A DNA stretch of 64,000 nt, taken from assembly GCA_963815195.1 (NCBI GenBank), contig CAWFGE010000010.1:454857-518856 (forward strand). The letters are read 5' to 3'. The translations under genes and the position numbers were made by a program. Source of the DNA: an uncultured Planctomycetaceae bacterium (lineage in GTDB: Bacteria; Planctomycetota; Planctomycetia; Planctomycetales; Planctomycetaceae). Of this stretch, positions 44,138 to 55,749 are shown in pieces. The notes under the pieces were generated by a model. The model saw only the letters and a list, made by a program, of their open reading frames with translations. It did not search any database and had not been told where the DNA came from. Position 1 is the stretch's first letter. Each line of letters begins with the position of its first letter.

Positions 44138-45575
44138 CTATTGAAAATGATGGAGATCGACCATCACAAACTCGCGAACCCATCCGCCCGCGAGCACTAA
44201 ACAGCAAACCGAGGCTATGAGAAACCGCCAGGAGTGTCTTTTGCTCCAGATCTCACTTGAGTGTACCACGCCCGCCGCCGCATAAACCAAAAGAATGGGA
44301 ATCAGCGGCAAATGGTAACGCGAGTGGGCAAACGCCACCGAATGAATTAAACACGTAAAGGCGATGCCAAACAGCAACAAGACATGCGGCCAGCGCTCCG
44401 CGGGCGGTTTCACCCACAGTCCATACATCGCCAAAAAGATCACAAGGGCATAACTCCCGCAAATCATGGCAGTGATTCCCAAGACAGCGATCTTAGGGAT
44501 CTCCCCAAAAAGCCCCTGCATCATCCCCGCCGCAAACGTCCGTTCGAGTTGCCAGAAGTTAAAAAACTTTACGGCCGATCGCTCAATCGACAGCCCGAGA
44601 TGCGAGAAGAAAAAATGCACGCCGTATTTCATGGCCGCTTTGTCGATTTGCCCCTGAGTCAGTTTCGAATAGCCCGGCGTGTGGGCCGCGAGCACGCGGT
44701 GCCAGGATTTTTCCCCCGTAACATCGCTGATCGTCGCCCAGGAACGCTCCAAAGGGGTAGACTCATAGTTGCCCATCATCACATTTCGGCCGCCCATCAC
44801 GTCGATGACGACCAACGTCTTCTGAAGTTGGGTATTTCGCCAGGCCCAAGGAACGATCACCAGCAAAAAACGCGCCTAACACTGTGCCTGCCGTAACAAA
44901 CCGCTTCTTGACCGGAGCATTGATCGCAAAAAACAACAGCACGCAAAACAGCGGCGAGAACAACCAGAGTATGCTCCGCGTTAATGCGCCGAGTGCCAGG
45001 CAAATCCCGATTCCCAGTGCTCCGAGAACGGTGGGTTGATGCACGCTCCGCACCGCCAACAGCATGGCGGCAACGAAGAAAAACGTAAACACGCCTTCGC
45101 TCAATACAAGGTTGTTCATGCCCAGGAGGGTCGGGTAAAAGGCATAACCCCCCGCGGCCCAAAGACCCACATTCGTTGAATAGAGGCTCTTGCCAAGTTG
45201 ATAGACCAGGAGCATGGTACAGAGACTAAGCAATACCTGGGCGACCCGCACCGCAGTGTAGTTTTGCAGCCCGAAACTCTCGTAGAGACCGGCCACGAGC
45301 AACGGATAAAAAGGCGGACGGAGCGATGTCAAACGCCCGGTTTCATCTTGATATCGTCCCGTTTCCACAAGACCCACGGCAAGGCGATCATAATCCTGGG
45401 CATCGACAATCTCCGGCGTCCGGCCTTCAAAAACCGCAACCAATCCAAACCGCACCAAGGCCCCCGCTATGACGAGAAGCGTTAATATCCTCCGCGCGGC
45501 AGGCACCCTAACGGATGCGGATTCCACCCGTTCTTGGTCTTTCGCGGCTGTGTCTAGCACTGTCGTGGAACCCAT
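44138..45575 (-). CDS. GT-C glycosyltransferase, family 39/ArnT-like (frameshift ~44865)
   Basis: DAQDY, RPPFYP, LSE, PWAWRN, RYHLP; multiple TM segments. Confidence 0.85.
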
Positions 45576-45616
45576 ATGTCTTATCAAATAACCGAGTTTA
45601 TCGACGCTTGACGGAC

Positions 45617-46636
45617 CTAAAACTTCCACAGGGATCTCATTTGGGACGGCGTGACATTAAATACGTCGTAGAGTGCCGGGACGTCCACAAACATCAGGCC
45701 CAAAAATGCCACGACGCAGATGCTGAGGTAGATCATCAAACCCCGCTCGCGGTAGAGGCGTTCCGGGTTTTGGACGGGGCTATCGGGTTTGAGCGTCACG
45801 TGCATATACATCGCAAAAAAGCCGGCGATGATGGGAACGGACAATAACAGTTCCAACTTGTAGCGAACGATGAAAACGCCTAACAAGAGCGCCGCCGCCG
45901 AACCGTAAAAAAACATGCTCACCAAGAGGCGATTGTCGTCATAGTGGTGAAAGGATTTTCTATAGGCCGCGGCGACGGCGGGATCATTGATCGAACGGTA
46001 TTCCGCAAACCGCTTGCTGGCCATAAAGAACGCGCCGATCATCCAGTAGGAGATCATCAGCGAAAGCGGCGGGATGGCCACGGGGTTCACAATAAACCAG
46101 CCCAGCATCAGCCGGAGCGGATTGTTCACCGACTCGGAGAGCACATCCACATAGGGCAGTTCCTTGCTGCGAACGGGCGGGATGTTATAGATCAAGCCCA
46201 TCACCCATAGCGCCGCCGCGGTGCCAAGAAACGCGGGATTGACAAGTGCGGCCAGGCCGATTCCCACCGCGGCCAACAATAGCCACTCGGCATAGGCGAC
46301 CGGCAAGCTGACCAGGCCGGCCGGAATCGGCCGTTGACGTTTGACAGGATGATCCAGGTCCGTCGGAGCATCCAGAATCTCATTGATGACGTAATTGCTG
46401 GAAGCGACTAAACAGGTGCTTACAAGACCGATCCCCAGCATCAGCCAGGAGAACGCCGCCAGATCAAAAAAGTAGAAAATGGCAAGCACCACGCCCGCCA
46501 GCATAAACACGTTCTTGAACCAGTGATCGGGGCGGGCAATTTGGACGTATGGCGAAATCCGGTCCAGCCAAGATAACGAGACCGGCTTAGGAGGACAGAC
46601 CGCAGCCGTCTGCTGGGATTCCGAAGAGTGAGACAT
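45617..46636 (-). CDS. UbiA-family polyprenyl-phosphate phosphoribosyltransferase-like protein
   Basis: RPDHWFKN, YVINEILD..D..HPVKRQRPIPAG, KRFAE. Confidence 0.9.
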   Translation of the reverse strand: MSHSSESQQTAAVCPPKPVSLSWLDRISPYVQIARPDHWFKNVFMLAGVVLAIFYFFDLAAFSWLMLGIGLVSTCLVASSNYVINEILDAPTDLDHPVKRQRPIPAGLVSLPVAYAEWLLLAAVGIGLAALVNPAFLGTAAALWVMGLIYNIPPVRSKELPYVDVLSESVNNPLRLMLGWFIVNPVAIPPLSLMISYWMIGAFFMASKRFAEYRSINDPAVAAAYRKSFHHYDDNRLLVSMFFYGSAAALLLGVFIVRYKLELLLSVPIIAGFFAMYMHVTLKPDSPVQNPERLYRERGLMIYLSICVVAFLGLMFVDVPALYDVFNVTPSQMRSLWKF

Positions 46637-46735
46637 AGATCGGCCTATTCAAAAGATGTCGGTTATTTGCAATCGGTACGAAGTCACAAGGCAAGCTATT
46701 GCGTCTTGATCGAAGAACTCACGGCATCGGCAGCC

Positions 46736-47248
46736 TCATTGAGCGGCGTCCTGCAATTTGGCTCTCGCTCGGCGGAGCTTCCACAAAATCGGTGCTTCAA
46801 ACGGACGCTTCAGACGGGTGAACCACGGCTCGACTCGGCTGGTGGGTTTTATCAAGACGGTATGCATGCGGCTCAATCGGCCGACGAGAACATCCGCGTA
46901 AATCTGATCACCCACCATCGCGATTTCGTGAGGCAATAGCCCCTGCTCCCTGAGAGCACGCCGGCAGCGGAACGGAAACGGCTTGAAGGCTTCCGCAATA
47001 AAAGGGACGCCCAACCGCTTGGCCAGGCCTTCAATCCGGTGGGCCCGGCCGTTAGAACACAGGCATAAATTAATCCGGCTGTCCCGCACGAGCCGCATCC
47101 ATTCGACGACCTCGCCGCCAATCTCCGGCGCCCCGTGATCTTTGAGCGTGCCGTCCACGTCCAGAAACAATCCCCGGATTCCGTTTTCGTTAAGATACCG
47201 GATCTCCAGTTCCAGAATGCTATCCAGATAAAGATGTGGAAAGATCAT
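46736..47248 (-). CDS. YqeG-like HAD IIIA phosphatase
   Basis: FLDVDGTL, CSN, KP, MVGDQIYADV; own ATG at 47248 after GGAG. Confidence 0.9.
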   Translation of the reverse strand: MIFPHLYLDSILELEIRYLNENGIRGLFLDVDGTLKDHGAPEIGGEVVEWMRLVRDSRINLCLCSNGRAHRIEGLAKRLGVPFIAEAFKPFPFRCRRALREQGLLPHEIAMVGDQIYADVLVGRLSRMHTVLIKPTSRVEPWFTRLKRPFEAPILWKLRRARAKLQDAAQ

Positions 47249-49190
47249 TGTCCGTCTCCAATTCGGACCGGCTGCGGTATTCGCGGCGACTTGACCGAGA
47301 TGGAATAAGATGAATAAGCTCTGCATCCACTCGGCCAAAACGAGAAGCGACCAAAGCACGCTGCCGTGCCGGCCGACTCCCGCACAGTGCCTGCGGTACA
47401 TGGCCCGCACGGTCGATTGATTGATCAGATTCGCCACCGGCGCGGATTCGGCGAGCAAGCTGTCTTCCACAAACGGCCGAAGCGGTCCGCGCAGCCACGC
47501 ATCCACGGGAATCTCGAATCCTTGTTTCGGGCGATCGATGGTCTCGGCGGGCAGCTTTTTCCGGGCGAGGGTTTTGAAGATCGCCTTGGATTCTCCGCCG
47601 CGGATTTTGAACCGCGACGGGATCCGAATCGCCAGTTCTAAAAACTCATGATCGACCAAAGGCGGACGCACTTCCAAGCCCACCGACATGCTGGCCCGAT
47701 CGACTTTCACCAGAAAATCGTCCGGCAACAACATCTCCACATCCGATAAAAGCATCGACTGCAGCAAGTCGTGTCCCCGCCGAAACGGCGCGAGTAAACG
47801 GTCTTCCGGGCGGTATCCCGTCAGTTGGTTTTGAACGTCCTGAGTCAAGAGTTGCCTGCGGAGTTCCGGCCGGCAAATGGAAATCGTGTTGGCATAGGCC
47901 GCGGCCGGTTCCAACGACAAGTTGGTGAGTAGAGTCTTCGCCCGAAGCACGCGAGGCAGCCAATCCGCCTTGGGCCACATTTGGCCGACCGGCGTCAACA
48001 GGCGTTTCCGAAACCACCGCGGAAGCCGATCGCGAATCGCCCCTTCGCGAAGGTCGTGGGCGTACCGCGTGTAGCCTCCAAACGCCTCGTCGCCCCCGTC
48101 GCCGGAAACAACCACCTTCACATGCTCTCGCGCCAAACGGGCCACGGCCATCGTGGGAATCGCACTCGAATCGGCGAACGGTTCATCATAGAACCGCGTC
48201 AATGCAGCCAGACTTTCCACGGCCTCCGGCGTGACGACCTCCTCATAGTGATCGGTCTTCAGATAGTCGGCCACTTTCCGGGCATAAGGCAGTTCACTGA
48301 ACCGCCGATCTTGAAAGCCCATCGAAAACGTCTTCAGCGGCTCCCCAACGGCTTGCTGCATGCTGGCGACGATCGCACTGGAATCTAATCCCCCACTCAA
48401 AAACGCCCCGACCGGAACATCCGCAATCTGGTGGGCCTTCACCGTCTCGGCGAGTTTCGTTTCAATCGCTTCGAGCCACTGGGCCTCGGTCCGCGATTCA
48501 TCCGGCTCTCCTTCCAACTGCCAATACCGGCGGAGCGAAACCCGGAAATCCTCCTGCCGAATCCGCAGCGTATGAGCCGGCGGCAATTTGCGAATGTGCC
48601 GAAAGATCGACCGCTCACCGGGAATCACGCCAAACGTCAAGTAGTCTTCCAGGGCTTCATAGTCGAGCGAGCGATCCACATCGCCAAAGGCCAGGATCGC
48701 TTTAATCTCCGACCCGAACAGAAACCGCCCCTTGTGGTGATAGTAATAAAGCGGCTTTTGCCCCACGCGGTCCCGGCCCAACAGAAGTTCTTTCCGGCGA
48801 TCGTCCCAAATCGCAAATGCAAACATCCCCCGCAGCCGCTCCACCAACCGCTCGCCCATCTCCTCATAGAGATGCACCAACACTTCCGTGTCGCTACTGG
48901 TATAAAACCGATGCCCTTTCCCCTCCAGTTCCCGCTTTAGTTCCCGATAGTTATAAATCTCTCCATTAAACACCACCTGCACCCGCCCATCTTCATTCCC
49001 AATCGGCTGATCGCCCTCCCGCCAAATCAATAATCGAAAGCCGCCGATGCGCCAGCCCCACGCCATTGCCGGTCCAATACCCCCCCGCATCCGGCCCGCG
49101 ATGCGCAAGGCTTGATGCCATCGCGGAAAACTCCTCGCCATCGAGAGGAAGCTTTCGGTTCTGCTGAAGACAACCGCAAATACCACACAT
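47245..49190 (-). CDS. asnB: Asparagine synthase (glutamine-hydrolysing)-type amidotransferase (frameshifted)
   Basis: MCGICG, HRGPD, HRRLSIID, NGEIYN, LSGGLDSS, DEPFADSS, GDGGDE, KVDRASM. Confidence 0.92.
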
Positions 49191-49220
49191 TGCAATGAGC
49201 CAAACCTACCGTGGACTTAT

Positions 49221-50500
49221 TTAAGCAATAATCTTTCGCAAATACTGTCGGACTTGTGAAGTTTTCAATTCCGTCAAATAGGCGACAAAAAACGCATAGG
49301 CAATACATGCCAAGCACAGCAAAACGGCGTTGCAAAGCGATTGCGGCGTAGGCTGCCAGGGTCGATCCGAGATTAAAGCGGCACGCAAGAAAATCAAAAA
49401 TGGCATATGAACTACGTATAGTGTGTATGAGAAGTTTGACGTATTTCGTGACAACCAAGCATATTTCCGCGGAGTCGTTTCATTCGGGTCATGGATGAGG
49501 ACATACATAAGAAGAGTGAATCCGATCGCCGTCAAGTAGTCCCCGAAAACCACCGATCCAAACAGGCTTTTAATCACATTGAGATGACCCGCCATCATCA
49601 TTATCGCAAACAGCATCAAGGTCCCCATCAACAAAAGCCGATGAATTCGCGGATTTGAAAGGCACGCCGACTTGGCGCAAACATAAGAATGTTCCAAACA
49701 GCCAAATCGGAAAATAAATCAAAATGCCTTCACCGACAAAGAGAAGCGTCGCGATCGCGACCAATAGAAAACCAGCTCGCGTTCGCAACTTTGAGGACTG
49801 GAATGAGGCAATATACAAGCATGGAAAGAGTACATAGTACCAGAATTCAAAGGCCAAGCTCCAGAGCGGATCATTGGAGCCGAGAGGTTGAACAAGAATC
49901 GTTTGCAAAAACGACGCGTTGCCCAAAAGTGCCGTGGATGACAAACGGGAATTCACATCAAAATAGTCATTAATCCAATCCGCACCATTTCCTGTATAGA
50001 TGGGATTCGTCCCGAACAGGTGAAGTCCCGAAAGATCCCAAACAAGCGTTAGCAGCAAGCCGGGTATCAGCACAACGTACAAACGTGTCAAACGGTCAGT
50101 CGAATACTTGGCCCATGTCCATCTTTGGTTTTGGTGGTCGCGAATCACGGCAGAGGAAATCAAAAAGCCGCTCAACACAAAAAAAACCATCACGGCATCA
50201 TGCCCGAACGCCGTGATAAGATAAAAGCCTTTTCCCAATAGACTTCGGATTTCCAGGTCGTGGTAATCCACAAAAAGCGATAGCGGATATGATAGATGAG
50301 CACGGCAAATGCCGCAAGCCCCGAATCAAATCCAAATGGCACGAAGCGGGCGTGTTTCGAATGTCAAGCGGTCGTTGTGGTTTGTGGTCAGGCGAAAGCG
50401 AATTATTGCTCACCTGCGCTTGTGCGGGCAAAGCTACTTCGATTGATGAATCATCGCCAGAATTCTGACGGACGGGAGTAAGCGATTTCGTCTTTTGCAT
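49221..50500 (-). CDS. Acyltransferase-3 (OafA-like) membrane O-acyltransferase (frameshifted)
   Basis: LDLIRG, VMVFFVLSGFLI, RLTRLY, WSLAFEFWYY, SYTLYVVH. Confidence 0.88.
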
Positions 50501-50501
50501 T

Positions 50502-51143
50502 TTACTCGATGGAAGAAATAGTGCCAGTGGTCACTCTCGCGGGCTTCGCCTCTTGCGGACGTACTGGTCGAGAGCCGACCAGACGAGCAGGATTCCCCAC
50601 GACGATCGCAAACTCCGGCACCGGTTTTGTGACGACCGAGCCTGCTCCGACTACGGCGTGCTTGCCCACATCGGCCATCACGATGGCCCTGTCGCCGATC
50701 CAACTATCCTCGCCGATGGTCACCCGCGGGTATTCGCCTGGTTGCTCCCGCACCGGAATATCCAATCGCTCGATCCCGTGCTGCCGGTTGCCGTTGATGA
50801 TGGAAACATGCGAGCCAACTAAGACATCCCCTTCCAGTGTCACATCACCGATCATACAGCCGACGCCCACATAAACCCTTTCGCCGATCTGAGCCGTGGG
50901 ATGCGAGAGCACCGTTCCAAAGCTCACCCACGAGTCCTGCCCCACGCGAGGCAAGACCCACCTGTAAAAGGCCCTTCGCAGGTAAGCCCCTGTAATTCCC
51001 GGCAGCAAACTGAATAACTGCGACCATCCCGGAAACGCTTTTGAGCTGCTAAGGAATAGCACCCCAATGTAATAGATACCGACGGCGGGAAGCACGAGGA
51101 GCATGCAAATGCTATTGACAACTTGTTTGAACAGCCGCTTCAT
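50502..51143 (-). CDS. Hexapeptide-repeat acetyltransferase
   Basis: VTIGEDSWIG, VGAGSVVTK, VGNPAR. Confidence 0.92.
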   Translation of the reverse strand: MKRLFKQVVNSICMLLVLPAVGIYYIGVLFLSSSKAFPGWSQLFSLLPGITGAYLRRAFYRWVLPRVGQDSWVSFGTVLSHPTAQIGERVYVGVGCMIGDVTLEGDVLVGSHVSIINGNRQHGIERLDIPVREQPGEYPRVTIGEDSWIGDRAIVMADVGKHAVVGAGSVVTKPVPEFAIVVGNPARLVGSRPVRPQEAKPARVTTGTISSIE

Positions 51144-51177
51144 GGAGCACGGTTCGACTTTGTCTCAAGTCTTGCAA

Positions 51178-52370
51178 TCAATGGGTAGATGTTACCAGCG
51201 ACTCGCGTTCCGGAACGTTGACATCAGCATGAAAGAGAATGGACTTGGCTCGTTCTGTCAGTACGGTCCAGTCAAATCCTTCCTTAACCCATTGACGGGC
51301 ACGGATGCCACTTTTCCGCCAAGAGCATCCCGGTCGCTCAATAGATCTTTAATCGTCTCGCTGAATAGATCGCTGTCATCGCAGTCGAGAGTTCGGCCGG
51401 TTTCGGGTATCTGCATTGTTTCCCCGGTTCCTCCCGTGTTCCCCGCGATCACAGGTTTCCCGCAGGCTTGGGCTTCGACCAACACCATTCCAAAACCTTC
51501 CAAGTCGTCTCCGATCCGACGATCAGGCAATACAAAGAGATTGCATTGTTGATAGCACGCGATCAATTCCTCGTCTGTCGTTTCGCCCCGAAACTGAACT
51601 TGGCCTGTTAAATCGAGTTCATCGACAAGCAGTTCAAGATTCCGGCGTTCCTCGCCGTCACCGGCAATCGAGTAGAGGACATCCGGTATTGCATCTCGAA
51701 TCAAAGGCAACGACCGAATTAACGCATCGTGCCCTTTGCGTTTCTGCAGCCTGCCGACCGTCAATATCACCGTTCGATTTCCCACCCGAGTCGGCGTTTT
51801 GTCTCCTCATCGAAGGCGAGGTCGAAATACTTCGCAGTCAACTCCTGGTGTGAGAACTTCAATCCTCTCTTCGGGGATTTGCCATTTTTCCAGAAAATGT
51901 TCGGGTGTTTTGGCTGTTCGCCACGATAAACTCTGCGGAGGATAAAACTTTGCGGCACATCCAGCCCAATCACGACTGCTGCCCGCGTAGCAGAGTTCCT
52001 CGCCGTGCATGTAGATCATGTAGGGGATGCCGCGGAATCGTCGGCACAGATAGCCGATCCAGCCATCGGGTAATAGCCGCCCCGCAATGCAGATGCGAGA
52101 TACGATGTTGTTTAATCAGATTCCGAACGGCCTTCTGGCCTCGATAGTATCCCTTGGCACCGGCGATGCTGCACATCCCCCAACTGGGAATGGCCAACGG
52201 TATCCGATAAACCCGAAGATCATTCCCGGCATCAAAGTCTAGAGCATTGGGATGTTCGCCCGCGGCAATCACAATTGCCTCGCGCGGCAATCGCCGATAG
52301 ATCTCCCAAAACCAGCGCCCCTGGACCCGGTGATTGGCGGAAAGACATGCGTGACCAAGAGTGCCGTCAC
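51178..52370 (-). CDS. Glycosyltransferase family 4 (multiple frameshifts)
   Basis: FPP..G, HGEE, VGRLQKRKGH, EGFGMVLVEAQACG. Confidence 0.88.
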
Positions 52371-53500
52371 GAAATCGCTCCCGCCATTGTGGGCGATAAC
52401 ACGTCGGCCGTATTCTCTGACCACGGCGGAAACGTGGGCTTCCAGGGAAAACAACTCTTCACACCGCTGCCCGCTGCCGCTTGCCCCAGTCACCAATTCT
52501 CCGGGTCGCCGAGCAAACGCTCTACCGCGTCGGCCAAATCCGCGGCGATTTCGGCGGGGTCAAAAAGCCCCGTTTCACCATCCACGATCATCTCCGAAAA
52601 TCACCGCATTTTCCCGCCTATGACGGGAAGTCCAACCGCCATCGCTTCCAAAGTGGCGTTCCCCAACGGCTCGGCATGAGACGGCACCATGACAATATCC
52701 GCCGCCGTCAGCCATTCCGGGACGTTCTTTTGAAAGCCGACGAACCGCACCGGGCACTTTAATTCCTCGGCCAAACCTTCCATTTCCCGCCGATAGGTCC
52801 CTTTTTCCGCCAAGTCATCCCCCACGAGAACCAAATCCGCCCGGTCATGCCAACGTTCCAGCATCGACCACCCGTGCAGCAGATCGGCGACGCCTTTACG
52901 TTCAATAATTTGCCCCGCAAAAAGCACGACAGGGCGATCCTGCAAGAGGTTCAACTTCCGCCGGCAATCCGACCGATCTGTCGCAGTCGGCAGACTAGGC
53001 ATCGGCAACCCATCATACACCACCGCCCGCGGGCTTTCCGCCAGATGCTGCGATTCCGCCGTGAGCATATTCATCAAAGCCCGCGAGACGAACAGATGGC
53101 GGTCGGCATCGAACTTATTGAGCCAATCAATCGCCGACCCCTCGAATATCCAGCGATGATGGCAAACCCGCGGAATTCCCAGCCGCTTCGCCGCGTCCCC
53201 AGTCATCTGATGGGTGGGCAGATCATTGCTATGAACCACATCCGGCCGTTCCCGCCGAAGTATCTCGACGAGCAAATTCCGCGATTTGCGGTACTGGAGC
53301 CACTTGAGCTTATCGGTAAACCGTTGCGGCACGAACTCGCAGCGAATCCCCGCCTGTCGAAACCGCGCAAGGGCCTCGCCATCGGTCCCCACAACCAACA
53401 ACACATCATGCCCCGCCTCGGCCAGACCTATAGCCAACCGCTCCACGGCAATTTCGGCCCCGCCGATGAACGGTGCCCAGGATGTCAGACAGACTTTCAT
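52367..53500 (-). CDS. Glycosyltransferase family 4 (frameshifted near 3' end)
   Basis: GGAE, ERKG, EPLGNATLEAMA. Confidence 0.9.
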
Positions 53501-53501
53501 T

Positions 53502-54656
53502 TTATTTTACACCTTGCATTTCAAGCTGCGACTCCGTAACGCGGTGAGGCGAAAGAATGCTCTGGTATTCATCCCACAACTGATACGACAGTTTCTTAAG
53601 ATCAAACCGCTCGGCTTGTTTGCGTGCCAAAGGACGTTGATTTTTTAGCCATTTCGGATCCCGAATCCAACGTTCGATGACGTGCGTGAGCTGATCCAGA
53701 TTGTCCTGCTCAACAATTTCCCCGCCATCCGGCAACACAACCTCATCAACGGCCTTGCTGTCATAGCCCACAACCGGGCAACCGCACGCCATAGCCTCCA
53801 GCACGCTAATTCCGAAGGCTTCTTGTTCACTGGAGTTTACATATAGATCTAACGCGTTACCAAAACCCTTTATATCACGAATGTAGCCGAGATATTTGAA
53901 ACGGTTTCCAAGAAGATCTCGCCCTCTCGCCAGTACCTCCTGACCATAGGATTCTTGACCTTTGATTGGAATGCCGGCGAGGACAAAGTTATAGTCTAGT
54001 TCGCCATTCTGGACAATGCTTCGAAATGTGTGCTCCAGTTGTTTCCCCGGGCGTAGGGCACATGCGACTCCAATTAAAATGCCCGGACCAAGTTGATGTT
54101 CTCTGCGGAATCGCTCTCTATCGTCATAAGATAGCTGATAGTGATCTAGATTTAACCCATTGTACAACAATCGCCAATCTGTTTGGGGAATACACTCTTC
54201 GACTCCATCTCGGCAAGCGTCCATATTTCCGCGGCTGATAAAAAAGATTCGGGCGGGACGACGCTTGCCAGCAAACGCCCAACGGCTAAATCGCGGTGAC
54301 ATACGGCAGTGAACTGTCACAACAACAGGCAATTTGCATACCCTCGCTACATACTGGCCAATTGGGTAAATCTCTTGCTCATTGCAATGAATCATTTGAA
54401 TGGAGTGACGCTTCACAATCCGACACAATCGGCACAATGAGATTGTAAATCTCCACGGTGAAGTTTTACTTGGAAATGGAAATTCTACTTGATAGGTTGG
54501 AACTCCACGGTCGTTGGACCAATCAGAGAACTCCCCCAAAACTGGTGATGCCAGAACCGGATTGAGCCCTCTCGGCATTAAGTGTTCAAACCATCCTTGC
54601 GTTGAGACTGTCGTGCTCGCCCGCCCAGCGTTATTGGTAAGATAAAGTATGTTCAT
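53502..54656 (-). CDS. Glycosyltransferase family 4
   Basis: LYNG, LRPGK, EAFGISVLEAMACG. Confidence 0.9.
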   Translation of the reverse strand: MNILYLTNNAGRASTTVSTQGWFEHLMPRGLNPVLASPVLGEFSDWSNDRGVPTYQVEFPFPSKTSPWRFTISLCRLCRIVKRHSIQMIHCNEQEIYPIGQYVARVCKLPVVVTVHCRMSPRFSRWAFAGKRRPARIFFISRGNMDACRDGVEECIPQTDWRLLYNGLNLDHYQLSYDDRERFRREHQLGPGILIGVACALRPGKQLEHTFRSIVQNGELDYNFVLAGIPIKGQESYGQEVLARGRDLLGNRFKYLGYIRDIKGFGNALDLYVNSSEQEAFGISVLEAMACGCPVVGYDSKAVDEVVLPDGGEIVEQDNLDQLTHVIERWIRDPKWLKNQRPLARKQAERFDLKKLSYQLWDEYQSILSPHRVTESQLEMQGVK

Positions 54657-54748
54657 TGCCTAATTAGCTAAATGATTCGGAAATGCCGTGTTGTTCCCAA
54701 AGGAGAATAAGAATACTTACAGCAATCTAAGAGACGAGATGAGAGTTA

Positions 54749-55749
54749 TCACGATATATAGGCTTTGCTAACGCGAGACCAAATATAGGTCTTCCAACAT
54801 TTCCAATCCCAGGGCCAGTGCTTGAGGCCAACACGAAACATTTGAATCGCTTCGCGGTGTCGTCCGTTCATCCATAAAGTCGCATATCCGAGTTTCCAGA
54901 AATACTCTTGGTTGAGTCGGCGACGAAGTGCCCGGCGTTCGGTGGGTTTCCAATTCCTTTCAGAGAGAATTCGTTCATAGCCCTGCGCAAGTAGCACTAA
55001 GACGCGTGACTGGCGTTCGAAATCGTTCGTCCCTCCCGCGGCGGATGAGTTGCCTTCATGAACACGATATTCGACGTGAACAGCGTCGATATAGGCTATT
55101 CGATGGTTTCGACAAAGACTGGAAATTACAAACAGTTGGTCTTCGGCCTCATTTCGGCTCGATGCATCGAAACGTATTCCGTCAAAAAGATTCCGCCGCA
55201 TTACGGAATCTGCAAACCGTTGAAAAGCCCGGACGAAATCATACACCGAATCACGTGGGGGTCTTCAATAATGGCGAGTCGTCCCACGGATCGCTTTTTT
55301 AACTGCATGAATGGTCGTGGTAAATTGGCGATGTAAAATGTAGTTGGGTCGAGTTCCCGATTCGTCGTCTGATCCACAATCCGGCAGGCCCCATACACCC
55401 AATCCACATCCGGGTTCGCCTCTAGGCCTTCCACGCAGTCTTTGAGATGATGCGGCAGCCAAAGGTCATCGCTGTCGTAGAAGGCGATGTATTTTCCCTG
55501 GGCATGGTCCAGACCCGTGTTTCGGGCACCGTAGGCGCCTTGGTTTTCCTGATAGATGTATTTGGCCCCTTGCGGAAAGTCCGCCGTGAGCCGGGGGACC
55601 AGATCCCGCGTCCCGTCGGTGCTGCCGTCATCCACGACGATCAGTTCCCAGTCCGTAAACGTCTGGGCCTCGATCGCCGCGAACGCTTCCGGCAGAAACC
55701 GTTCCCGGTTGTAGGTCGGGAGAATGATGCTAACAGTGGGTTGATTCAT
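54749..55749 (-). CDS. Glycosyltransferase family 2 (frameshift ~55210)
   Basis: VSIILPTYNR, VVDDGSTD, ARNTG, FYDSDD, ED, YRVH. Confidence 0.9.

Noticed and set aside
46736..49195. AsnB-HAD phosphatase fusion (819-aa ORF)
   Set aside because: The HAD gene has its own RBS and ATG, and a shifted asnB frame ends in an ATGA overlap at 47245-47248; a 1-nt indel explains the fusion.
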